From a virus, in the UHGV virus genome UHGV-1790783: a DNA stretch of 30,347 nt; one strand, 5' to 3'. The notes under the pieces were generated by a model. That model saw only the letters and a list, made by a program, of their open reading frames with translations, made no database searches and had not been told where the DNA came from. A program made the translations under genes and the position numbers. This document shows, one piece after another, positions 1 to 7,048 of this stretch (within the stretch, counting starts at the first letter, position 1; the number at the start of each line of letters is the position of its first letter).

Positions 1-284
1 GATGTTAATCCTTATGTAATATTGATAACTTAATTTGTTATTTATTTATCGTTAGCGCGTTCGCTTTCGATGTAATTAATTATCGACATACAGAAAATAA
101 AATCAAGAGTTTTTTTGCTCGGGAATGAAAAATTTTATTCAATAAAAATCAAAGTCTTAGAAATAAAATGCATTTTCTCGAAGGTGTTGCCTAAATAAAT
201 TCCCTATTCGGTCAATCACCCTTATATATTTAAACTGGAATCGTGGTGGGTGAAATAAATATAACTGGAAGTGACACGTAAAAT

Positions 285-308
285 AATAACCGGACTTAGC
301 CGGTTATT
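285..308 (-). terminator. Putative intrinsic terminator ending the minus-strand operon
   Basis: Seen in sequence: perfect 9-bp inverted repeat AATAACCGG / CCGGTTATT with 6-nt loop; on the minus-strand transcript the stem is followed by AUUUUA. Lies about 15 nt downstream of the stop of the 321..629 gene. Confidence 0.55.
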
Positions 309-320
309 ACCCTTATAGAT

Positions 321-629
321 TTATTGAGCAGACTCGACAATTTTTCGGTTAGTGTCAAAGAGTGCATCGACGAAGTGTGCCGATGACTCGCTGGCATCAC
401 ACTCCAACATCTCCCTTTGGTCAGCCGAACGCCCCTTACAGTTTTGGACACTCTCTCCAATTGTCTTTCCCGCTTTGACAGCGGCTGCGAACTGGTACAT
501 GCAAATCGACACATTGTCCGATGACGAACAGACGTCGTTCATGAGTGACTGAATAACTGGTTTATAGTCCATAGCTGAGGCTGCCGTGGACGATGCGAGA
601 AGAATTGAGGATAGTAAAATCGCTTTCAT
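321..629 (-). CDS. Small secreted (periplasmic) protein with predicted Sec signal peptide, unknown function
   Basis: ORF track 102 aa. N-terminus MKAILLSSILLASSTAASA has a basic n-region, hydrophobic core and AxA cleavage motif; mature part has 4 Cys. No obvious SD; ATG sits 3 nt after the upstream gene's stop (possible coupling). Function inferred only from signal peptide. Confidence 0.5.
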   Translation of the reverse strand: MKAILLSSILLASSTAASAMDYKPVIQSLMNDVCSSSDNVSICMYQFAAAVKAGKTIGESVQNCKGRSADQREMLECDASESSAHFVDALFDTNRKIVESAQ

Positions 630-632
630 AAC

Positions 633-1196
633 TTAAAACGGTAAAATTCGTTCAACCCAATCGAACATGACGACCATCTTCCGACCATCGCCAACGCTGA
701 GTGTGACCTGACAAGCGTCAACGCCTGAAGACACACCTTCAAGTTCACGGCCATCCGCCATGTAGACCCTTATAGACTTCTGCATCTCATGAGCCTGGCG
801 ACAAATTTTGAAGAAATCACGGCGAGATGGCTGATTGTCCACATAGTCTGGGTGTACCGTTGTCCGACCCGTGAAGTCGTGCGCAATACCTTCTGTCACA
901 CCTGATTCAATCGTGCTGATTCTCTCAAGTGGGAGCCTTATACGATTTTCTTTGTCGAACGGGGCAGGGCAAAGGTCGACTTTGTTGCGCGACGACATGA
1001 GACCCTGAACGTACATGCAGAACACCTGACCATCTTCCATCGTGACCCTTACAGGAATGAGAGACTTACGCCAGAACATCAGCGCCTTCTCCACGTTGGT
1101 GTAATCGCGCGGCCAGACTTCTGCAGGAATCCCGTAGGTGATGTCAGTAATATTCGTCATATCGTCACAGTGTCGTTGGTAGGATATCGATGTCAC
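633..1196 (-). CDS. Hypothetical protein with internal duplication (two related halves each ending in an ERI motif)
   Basis: ORF track 187 aa. Half 1 VRVTMEDGQ...RIRLPLERI and half 2 IRVYMADGR...VMFDWVERI are visibly related. Start uncertain: the longest ORF overlaps the upstream lipoprotein gene by 32 nt; an in-frame ATG at 1160 would remove the overlap. No family recognised. Confidence 0.5.
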   Translation of the reverse strand: MTSISYQRHCDDMTNITDITYGIPAEVWPRDYTNVEKALMFWRKSLIPVRVTMEDGQVFCMYVQGLMSSRNKVDLCPAPFDKENRIRLPLERISTIESGVTEGIAHDFTGRTTVHPDYVDNQPSRRDFFKICRQAHEMQKSIRVYMADGRELEGVSSGVDACQVTLSVGDGRKMVVMFDWVERILPF

Positions 1197-1587
1197 CTGC
1201 GTTGCTGGTGAACACCCGGAAGACTTTCGTCTCGCCAGCTTTGGTGATGGTCTCGCGTTCCTGACGAGCGGGGTTCAGTGCGCACAGTCCGGCGCCTTCC
1301 AGTGAGGCGCCAACAATCCATTGCCCGGCATCCAGATGGAACGTCGCTTTTTCACCGGTCTCCAGCTTTGCAACCGTCTCACCATTGATGAAGATGGACG
1401 CGTCACAGCCTGCACCTATCATACCTTTGTCCCTCATAACCACCAGCGTGGTTGGTGCAGACGTCTGGTATTTGAAAACTCTGGCCTGCGGCGCCGGTTT
1501 TGCATCGGCTACAGACACAGGGCGGGATGAACATGCACTCAGGAGTAAAACGGGGATGGTAATCAGTGGAAGTAGAACGTGTTTCAT
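1165..1587 (-). CDS. Outer-membrane lipoprotein (candidate superinfection-exclusion / receptor-masking protein)
   Basis: ORF track 140 aa. N-terminus MKHVLLPLITIPVLLLSAC-SS has a classic lipobox (LSAC) with Ser at +2 (no Asp inner-membrane retention signal). Function is inference by analogy to phage Cor/Llp-type lipoproteins; it is longer than those. Confidence 0.65.
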   Translation of the reverse strand: MKHVLLPLITIPVLLLSACSSRPVSVADAKPAPQARVFKYQTSAPTTLVVMRDKGMIGAGCDASIFINGETVAKLETGEKATFHLDAGQWIVGASLEGAGLCALNPARQERETITKAGETKVFRVFTSNAGDIDILPTTL

Positions 1588-1622
1588 GGCTTGAACTAAA
1601 TTCTTATCACTTCAACGAACAA

Positions 1623-1638
1623 GGCGTCTTGAGACGCC
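1623..1638 (-). terminator. Stem-loop between the 92-aa gene and the lipoprotein gene; possible weak terminator/attenuator
   Basis: Seen in sequence: GGCGTC-TTGA-GACGCC (6-bp stem); on the minus transcript it is followed by UUGUUCGUU. T-tract is weak. Confidence 0.3.
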
Positions 1639-1646
1639 CTTAATGC

Positions 1647-1925
1647 TTAATCGAGACGTTTGAGGATATCGGCCAGATCTTCTTTGGTCATACCCGAGTT
1701 TTCGTAAATCTTCATGACCTTTTCACGAGCCTTTGCAGTAGTCTCTAATGACGTAGCTATCTTATCAAAATCACCCATCGTCATATTGGACAGCACCAGA
1801 TTGATGATGTCTGCCTTTGACAGTTTTATGCTGCGTTCACGCAGTCGATTCTGAAAGGTCTCTAGTTTATCGTTTGCTTTTTCGGTTAACTGAACCTGGC
1901 AGTGTATAGCGCGTTTCTCGCTCAT
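1647..1925 (-). CDS. Small hypothetical protein, possibly ribbon-helix-helix-like DNA binding
   Basis: ORF track 92 aa. ATG lies 2 nt after the helicase stop (TAAGCATG), suggesting coupling. The N-terminal KRAIHCQVQLTEKANDKLETFQNRL pattern (beta-strand then helix) is RHH-like; weak inference. Confidence 0.45.
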   Translation of the reverse strand: MSEKRAIHCQVQLTEKANDKLETFQNRLRERSIKLSKADIINLVLSNMTMGDFDKIATSLETTAKAREKVMKIYENSGMTKEDLADILKRLD

Positions 1926-1927
1926 GC

Positions 1928-3487
1928 TTACTCTCTATTTAAAACAGTGAAATCGAATGTGCTGCCAACCGGCAAGACCCCCTCGGCAAACCCAGGCGTC
2001 GTGTCGATAATGTGTTTCCGCTCATATGAATGCGACATGAGGTATTTGTTGCTCACGTCGATGAAGTCGGTAATAAAGCACACGTTAGCCTGATTCTTTT
2101 TGGCTCGAAGACCGCGGCCCACACGTTGACGCATCTCCACTTCGGCTTTGCCGCCACCACCCAGAATCACAGCGCCTACGCTTGGAACGTCGACACCAAC
2201 ATCCAGAATGGTTGAACCAATGAGAACATCTATCTTGCCTACCGCCAGACTATTAAGTTTTGCTTGTCGGGTAGTCTGGTTTGATTCTCCGTAGATGAAA
2301 TCGACCTTGAGGCCACTCTCTTTCATCATTTCCATCAAGATCTGACCATGACGCTTCAGACGAACCAATGTCATACAGTTCAGACCGTGACTTTTGTACA
2401 TTAACGCTTCGCGCACAATAGCCTCGTTGCGGCCCAGATTGTAAACGATGCCTAACTGATAGGCTTTCTGGTAAGCCGTACTCATTCCAACCCGAAAGTT
2501 CAGGTGTTTCGAAGCAAGTTCGGCCCTAATCCGCACCTCGTCTGGAGTGTACGCGATTTTATGATATAGAAAGTAGGGTTTCGCTAAAATACCTCGGTCG
2601 ATCAAATATTTCTCCGTTACTTTTATCTCGATGCGACCCGCAACGGCCATGAGACGCATATTTGCTTCAGTCGAGTCCTTCATGAACGGCGTTGCTGTCA
2701 GCGCCAGACGGTAGTCGGCATTGATGCACAACCGGGCGATGTCGTAGAAGTTAGAACCAGATGATTCGTGTGCCTCTTCCAGAATCAGCAGAGAAACGCT
2801 GGACAGGAAGCGTTTAACCAGTTCCCGGCGCTTCAGGTGGTACTGTTTTTTCTCCGGTGATGCGTCGCGCGGTGGCTCTTCGAGAAAACTGGCCAGGGTC
2901 TGCACCGTGGCAACGTTGATATGGCGCGAGACCTGGAACTCACCCGATCCAATCACCCCAACTCTCTGACCTTTCAGCCACGGCTCGCCATTCTCCGCGC
3001 GGTAGTCGATGGATTTCTGGAAGTTCTCTGCCATCTGGAACATCAGAACCGATCGCGTGGTTAAAAACAGCGTCATACGACCAATGCGAGCAGCAGCCTT
3101 ACACGCTACGTTCGATTTACCGCCACCCGTCGCAATCTGGGCAATCATCATCCCTTCGCGCACCAGTGTTTCCACTGTCTGATCCTGATACGCATAGTCC
3201 GGGTTATACGGGAATGGGTTAACTACCGGGTTCGGCTTGCCCAGCGCGGGGGCTTTTTCCTTGCGCACATGCACGCATTTGATGCCAGCTTTCAGAAGGT
3301 TGGCTGCAACTGGCTTCGCAAACCCAGCCGGGAACGCGTTTTTGCTCCAGTTGAACATCGTGCTGGTTCCTTTCCAGTCCCCAGCCTCCACTTCATAGCT
3401 CAACATCTCCTGAACGAGCCGCTTCACGTTGTCATCAGCGCCAGAAATCAGCGCATTGACTGCATTCGATACAATCCGAACTGTCAT
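1928..3487 (-). CDS. Superfamily-2 DNA/RNA helicase (DEAH-type, ResIII-like phage replication helicase)
   Basis: ORF track 519 aa. Motif I ATGGGKS, motif II LILEEAH, motif III LALTATP, C-terminal motif VI QRVGRGLR. Strong SD (AAGGAAAGAGG) upstream of the ATG at 3487. Confidence 0.9.
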   Translation of the reverse strand: MTVRIVSNAVNALISGADDNVKRLVQEMLSYEVEAGDWKGTSTMFNWSKNAFPAGFAKPVAANLLKAGIKCVHVRKEKAPALGKPNPVVNPFPYNPDYAYQDQTVETLVREGMMIAQIATGGGKSNVACKAAARIGRMTLFLTTRSVLMFQMAENFQKSIDYRAENGEPWLKGQRVGVIGSGEFQVSRHINVATVQTLASFLEEPPRDASPEKKQYHLKRRELVKRFLSSVSLLILEEAHESSGSNFYDIARLCINADYRLALTATPFMKDSTEANMRLMAVAGRIEIKVTEKYLIDRGILAKPYFLYHKIAYTPDEVRIRAELASKHLNFRVGMSTAYQKAYQLGIVYNLGRNEAIVREALMYKSHGLNCMTLVRLKRHGQILMEMMKESGLKVDFIYGESNQTTRQAKLNSLAVGKIDVLIGSTILDVGVDVPSVGAVILGGGGKAEVEMRQRVGRGLRAKKNQANVCFITDFIDVSNKYLMSHSYERKHIIDTTPGFAEGVLPVGSTFDFTVLNRE

Positions 3488-3569
3488 AAACCTCTTTCCT
3501 TCGTGCCTTTTGTATGGTAATTGGCTATTATAGTAAGTAAGTACTTATACAATAGATTGTATCAGAATT
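3488..3569. promoter_or_regulatory. Divergent intergenic control region between helicase (leftward) and ParB-like operon (rightward)
   Basis: 82-bp gap between divergently oriented genes. Contains TAGTAAGTAAGTACTTATAC (3531..3550) with the perfect 10-bp palindrome TAAGTACTTA, and a perfect TATAAT on the minus strand (plus 3527..3532) suitably placed for the helicase. -35 elements are weak. Confidence 0.5.
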
Positions 3570-4250
3570 ATGGATGTGAAAATTACGATTCTGCAGGTGG
3601 AAGTCGCGAACCTGCGTCCGAATCCCTGGAATACCAACTCCGTTGGGGCGCAAAACTTCGAAAAACTGAAAGGCTCTATCGAAAAATTGGGCTTTTTTAA
3701 GCCAATTCTGGCGCGGGAGTTGGACGGGGGCATTTTTGAGATCCTCGGTGGTGAACACCGCTGGCGTGCCGCGATGGAGCAGGGCATTTCAACGGTTCCC
3801 GTCATCTCCGTGGGCAAAATTAACGACCTGGTGGCCAAACAGATGTCCCTCGTCGACAACGAGCGCTACGGCGAAGACGATCAGGTCGCTTTGCAGCGCT
3901 TAATCGAAGAAATCCAGTCTGAAATCGACTACCGGTTGTCCGATATCGCCCCGTATGACGACGAAATGGCGGCAACACTCGCCAAAGCGTCCGTTATCGA
4001 TCTTGAAGCGCTGGAAGCGCTCTCCCGTGGCGATGACGAGCCGGTCGATGAGGACAAACGCGAGAAAACCGAGCGAGTCGGCGCTGAACACCAGACGATG
4101 CGCTTCAAGGTGACGTTTGATGCGTCAGATCGGGTCGCCGACACCATCAAAACCATCATCAAAGAGCAGGGAATCAATACCGGTAACGAAATGGAGAACG
4201 CCGGGGAAGCCCTGGTGTGGCTGGTCGACTACTACAAGGAGCGTATGTAA
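3570..4250 (+). CDS. ParB/sulfiredoxin-like nuclease-domain protein (paralogue 1)
   Basis: ORF track 226 aa. ParB N-terminal motif ILGGEHRWRAA preceded by LRPNPWN. Stop overlaps the next start (TAATG). Confidence 0.8.
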   Translation: MDVKITILQVEVANLRPNPWNTNSVGAQNFEKLKGSIEKLGFFKPILARELDGGIFEILGGEHRWRAAMEQGISTVPVISVGKINDLVAKQMSLVDNERYGEDDQVALQRLIEEIQSEIDYRLSDIAPYDDEMAATLAKASVIDLEALEALSRGDDEPVDEDKREKTERVGAEHQTMRFKVTFDASDRVADTIKTIIKEQGINTGNEMENAGEALVWLVDYYKERM

Positions 4251-4918
4251 TGACCAAAAACTTTGAAATCGTCTATCGAAACCCGGCAGAACTCATCCCG
4301 TATGAGATGAACGCCAAAAAACATGACGAACAGCAGATCCGCGATCTGGCGGCCGCCATCAAAAAGCGCGGTTTTGACCAGCCGATCACGGTCGACAAGC
4401 ACGACGTCATCATTACTGGCCACGGTCGTCGCGAGGCGGCTCTTCTGGCTGGTCTGGAGCGTGTGCCGGTCATTGTTCGCGACGATCTGAGCGAAGAAGA
4501 AGTGAAGGCTAAGCGTCTGGAAGACAACCGCCTGGCCAGTATTGACTACGACGCCATCAAATTGCAGCAGGAACTGGAATCCCTGGTGCTGGGCGACGTC
4601 GAGGTCTTCGGTTTTGAAGAGCGCGAGCTGAACGTGCTTGTCGGCAGCATGACCGAAGAGATGGAAACCGGCTCTCTGGTGCTCGATCTGGGCGAAGAGA
4701 CGGAGCGCCAGAAGGAAGAGCACACCGAGATCAGTCGCGAAGTGGCCTCTGAAGAAGTCCGCGTCATCGACGTATTGGGCTTTAAAACGCTCCCTGCTGG
4801 CTCTGCCATTGTGGTTGGGGATTTGCTTGCCCACATGGAAGAAATCACGGGAGAGAGCGGGGTAGACGCTTTCGTGGCGTATGCGGAGAAAGTTTCTTCT
4901 GGGGAGCTGGCCGCATGA
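4250..4918 (+). CDS. ParB/sulfiredoxin-like nuclease-domain protein (paralogue 2) with acidic C-terminal half
   Basis: In-frame ATG at 4250 inside track ORF 4217..4918. ParB-type motif IITGHGRREAA. Stop overlaps the next gene's ATG (ATGA). Confidence 0.8.
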   Translation: MTKNFEIVYRNPAELIPYEMNAKKHDEQQIRDLAAAIKKRGFDQPITVDKHDVIITGHGRREAALLAGLERVPVIVRDDLSEEEVKAKRLEDNRLASIDYDAIKLQQELESLVLGDVEVFGFEERELNVLVGSMTEEMETGSLVLDLGEETERQKEEHTEISREVASEEVRVIDVLGFKTLPAGSAIVVGDLLAHMEEITGESGVDAFVAYAEKVSSGELAA

Positions 4919-5553
4919 GCAAATACACCATCAACGTATCGTTTCAGACCCGCGTGAACAAAACCACGCGCACGCTGGAGATTGCCGAATCGTTCGGTCT
5001 TGGCCTGGACGAAAAAGAGTGGACGCTTTACGACAATCTGGAGCTGGAAGTGAAGCAGGGCGATGTGGTGTACATCACCGGCCAATCCGGTTCCGGTAAA
5101 TCCGTTGTGCTGCGCGAGCTGCAACGCCAGATGAAGGATGAAGGGCTTTCTGTAGCCTCCATCGATGACTTTGCCTTCGACAATGAGGTTAACGTCATTG
5201 ACCAGCTGGGCAAAACCACCAGCGAAGCGCTGGGGCTGCTGTCTATGGCCGGATTGAATGACGCCTATCTCTTTGTGCGTAAGCCATCCGAGATGTCTGA
5301 CGGCCAGAAATACCGTCTCAAGATCGCCAAGCTGATCGAGTCCGGCGCGAAAGTCTGGGCTGCCGACGAATTTGGCGCTGTTCTCGACCGTGTAACCGCC
5401 CAGGTTGTGGCGTCGAACCTCCAGCGTGCCGCCCGTAAGGTTGGTGCGACGGTAATGGTGGCGACGACCCACGAAGACCTGAAGAACGCGCTGCGCCCGG
5501 ATATGCAGATCACCAAGCACTACAAAGAACGCGTGAAGGTGGAATATGCCTGA
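4915..5553 (+). CDS. Stand-alone ABC-type ATPase (single nucleotide-binding domain)
   Basis: ORF track 212 aa. Walker A GQSGSGKS, Q-loop-like IDQLG, ABC signature-like SDGQKYR, Walker B VWAADEFG, H-loop-like ATTHED. No transmembrane partner in the operon. Confidence 0.75.
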   Translation: MSKYTINVSFQTRVNKTTRTLEIAESFGLGLDEKEWTLYDNLELEVKQGDVVYITGQSGSGKSVVLRELQRQMKDEGLSVASIDDFAFDNEVNVIDQLGKTTSEALGLLSMAGLNDAYLFVRKPSEMSDGQKYRLKIAKLIESGAKVWAADEFGAVLDRVTAQVVASNLQRAARKVGATVMVATTHEDLKNALRPDMQITKHYKERVKVEYA

Positions 5554-5800
5554 TTTGAAGATCGTAGAGCTGAAGCCATCGAAAGAGACTGACAACAACA
5601 ACGTTGAAGTCATCCGCCTGCTGGAAGAAGCACTCCAGTACGCAAGAGAAGGCAAAAGTCAGAGCCTGGCTCTGCTGATGATCGACAACGACGGCAATGT
5701 TATGGATTGCTGGCATAACGGTGGGCGTCCATACGTCATGGTTGGGGCGATGGAATCGCTTCGCCTGGACTTCATCAATGCCAATATCGAGCGTAGGTGA
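5546..5800 (+). CDS. Small hypothetical protein (84 aa)
   Basis: ORF track 84 aa, ATG overlaps the ATPase stop by 8 nt; no recognisable motif. Supported mainly by operon context. Confidence 0.45.
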   Translation: MPDLKIVELKPSKETDNNNVEVIRLLEEALQYAREGKSQSLALLMIDNDGNVMDCWHNGGRPYVMVGAMESLRLDFINANIERR

Positions 5801-5805
5801 TCGAC

Positions 5806-6696
5806 ATGACAGGCATCATCATCAAACGCTACCGCCCGGAAGAGTTCCCGCGTCATCTGGACTTTCTGGAGCGTATGACCGTTACCAAAGGCACGGTTGA
5901 AGACTGGCACGCGCTGAAGTCGCTGCACTACAAGACGGATGGTAAGCCGTTCGCGCCAACGTATTATCGCTGCGAACTGGACGACCGGCTGGTGGGCGTC
6001 GTGGTTATGGCTTACCCGAAACTGCTGCTGGCGCCTCGCCATCGCATGTTTCCTAAGCTGAAGCCAACCACCAATACCACCGTGGCCAACCAGTATTGGG
6101 GCCGGTACGTGAACAACAACTTTGCCGTGATCAGCCGTTCCGTTGTTGACACTCAGTACCGCGGTGTCGGCGTCTCCTATCGAATGATTAACCTGGTTAG
6201 CAGGATGCACGACCGGCCAATCATCGAGATCCAGTCGTCGATGAGCAAATACAACCCGTTCGCCATGAAAGCAGGGTTCCAGTTCATCCGTCCGGAGCGT
6301 CCGAAGAGCTATGAGAGTGCGTTGCGCGTCTTCCAGCGTCATTTCCGTTCTGACCCTGGCGACAACGAAGCGATCGTCAAAGAGCTGTTCGCCATGAGTG
6401 AGTCTCGCCGTCGTCGTGCGCTGCGTGATCTGGTCGCTGACTACCACAAGAACAGTTCCCTGGCCAAAGCCGGGCGTAATCGTGGCACGACGATTCAGGA
6501 CATTGCCGACAGCCTGGTGGACGAGGCCAGCACCGTGAAGCTGCTCAAGGACATTCACAACCTGAGCTTCACGTCTCCGCTGTATGGCGTGTACCGAAAC
6601 CCGGACTTTGGTCGTCAGCTGCCGGACACGCTGCCACTGCTGGCATTCGACAAACAGCCTTTGAATAAACCTCTTGAAATTGCATTACCGGCATAA
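5806..6696 (+). CDS. GNAT-like acyltransferase-fold protein with ~130-aa C-terminal extension
   Basis: ATG at 5806 (AGGTGA SD 8 nt upstream) within track ORF 5797..6696. Segment FAVISRSVVDTQYRGVGVSYRMINLV matches GNAT motif A (R/Q-x-x-G-x-G/A after a hydrophobic strand). Motif-level inference only. Confidence 0.55.
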   Translation: MTGIIIKRYRPEEFPRHLDFLERMTVTKGTVEDWHALKSLHYKTDGKPFAPTYYRCELDDRLVGVVVMAYPKLLLAPRHRMFPKLKPTTNTTVANQYWGRYVNNNFAVISRSVVDTQYRGVGVSYRMINLVSRMHDRPIIEIQSSMSKYNPFAMKAGFQFIRPERPKSYESALRVFQRHFRSDPGDNEAIVKELFAMSESRRRRALRDLVADYHKNSSLAKAGRNRGTTIQDIADSLVDEASTVKLLKDIHNLSFTSPLYGVYRNPDFGRQLPDTLPLLAFDKQPLNKPLEIALPA

Positions 6697-6705
6697 GGAT
6701 TTGCC

Positions 6706-6972
6706 ATGACGTTGACCGACAAACAAAAAGACATCATCAAAACCATCAATTTAGGCCATGAGCGTGGGCATCTGCTCGATCTGGACGAGCTGCTTGAAGT
6801 GCTGCCGTACAAAACGACCAAACAGAGTATGCAGTTCTCTATCCGCGCACTGGTGAAAAAGGGGCTGGTGGAGAAAGGAATGTGCCGCCAGCGCGGTGAT
6901 TCCGGCTACCACCGTCGCACGCTGGGACTGACCACGTTAGGTCGTGCCAGAGCCAAATTACTGGTGATGTAA
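6706..6972 (+). CDS. Small basic protein, putative winged-helix DNA-binding regulator
   Basis: ORF track 88 aa, SD TAAGGA upstream. Lys/Arg-rich with a helix-turn-helix-like segment (TTKQSMQFSIRALVKKGLVEK). Low-specificity inference. Confidence 0.45.
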   Translation: MTLTDKQKDIIKTINLGHERGHLLDLDELLEVLPYKTTKQSMQFSIRALVKKGLVEKGMCRQRGDSGYHRRTLGLTTLGRARAKLLVM

Positions 6973-6997
6973 GTCGGTCTGGGAGCCAGTTTGAGAG

Positions 6998-7048
6998 CCT
7001 GCTTCCGTATATATAAATAGTGACTTATTAAATATATACGGAGGCAGG
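6998..7048. repeat. Large imperfect inverted repeat (17-bp arms, 17-nt AT-rich loop) between the accessory operon and terS
   Basis: Seen in sequence: CCTGCTTCCGTATATAT ... ATATATACGGAGGCAGG, one mismatch that is a G-U pair in RNA. No adjacent T-tract, so not a classic terminator. Confidence 0.7.

Noticed and set aside
1165-1587. Interpretation of the lipoprotein as an o-spanin (Rz1-like lysis protein)
   Set aside because: No adjacent or embedding i-spanin, holin or endolysin gene in the window; the protein is larger than typical o-spanins and not proline-rich. A superinfection-exclusion role fits better, though it is unproven.
4546-5655. 369-aa minus-strand ORF overlapping the second ParB-like gene and the ATPase gene
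   Set aside because: Antisense to plus-strand genes that carry recognisable motifs and translational coupling; its translation is low-complexity (Ser/Arg/Thr-rich) with no motif or ribosome-binding site.
5659-6558. 299-aa minus-strand ORF overlapping the GNAT-like gene
   Set aside because: Antisense shadow ORF; Arg/His/Val-rich with no recognisable motif, and it would disrupt a tightly coupled plus-strand operon.
6991-7019. Possible sigma70 promoter (TTGAGA ... TAAATA) overlapping the left arm of the large palindrome
   Set aside because: The -10 candidates are poor or wrongly spaced; not reported as a promoter, though the palindrome itself is reported.
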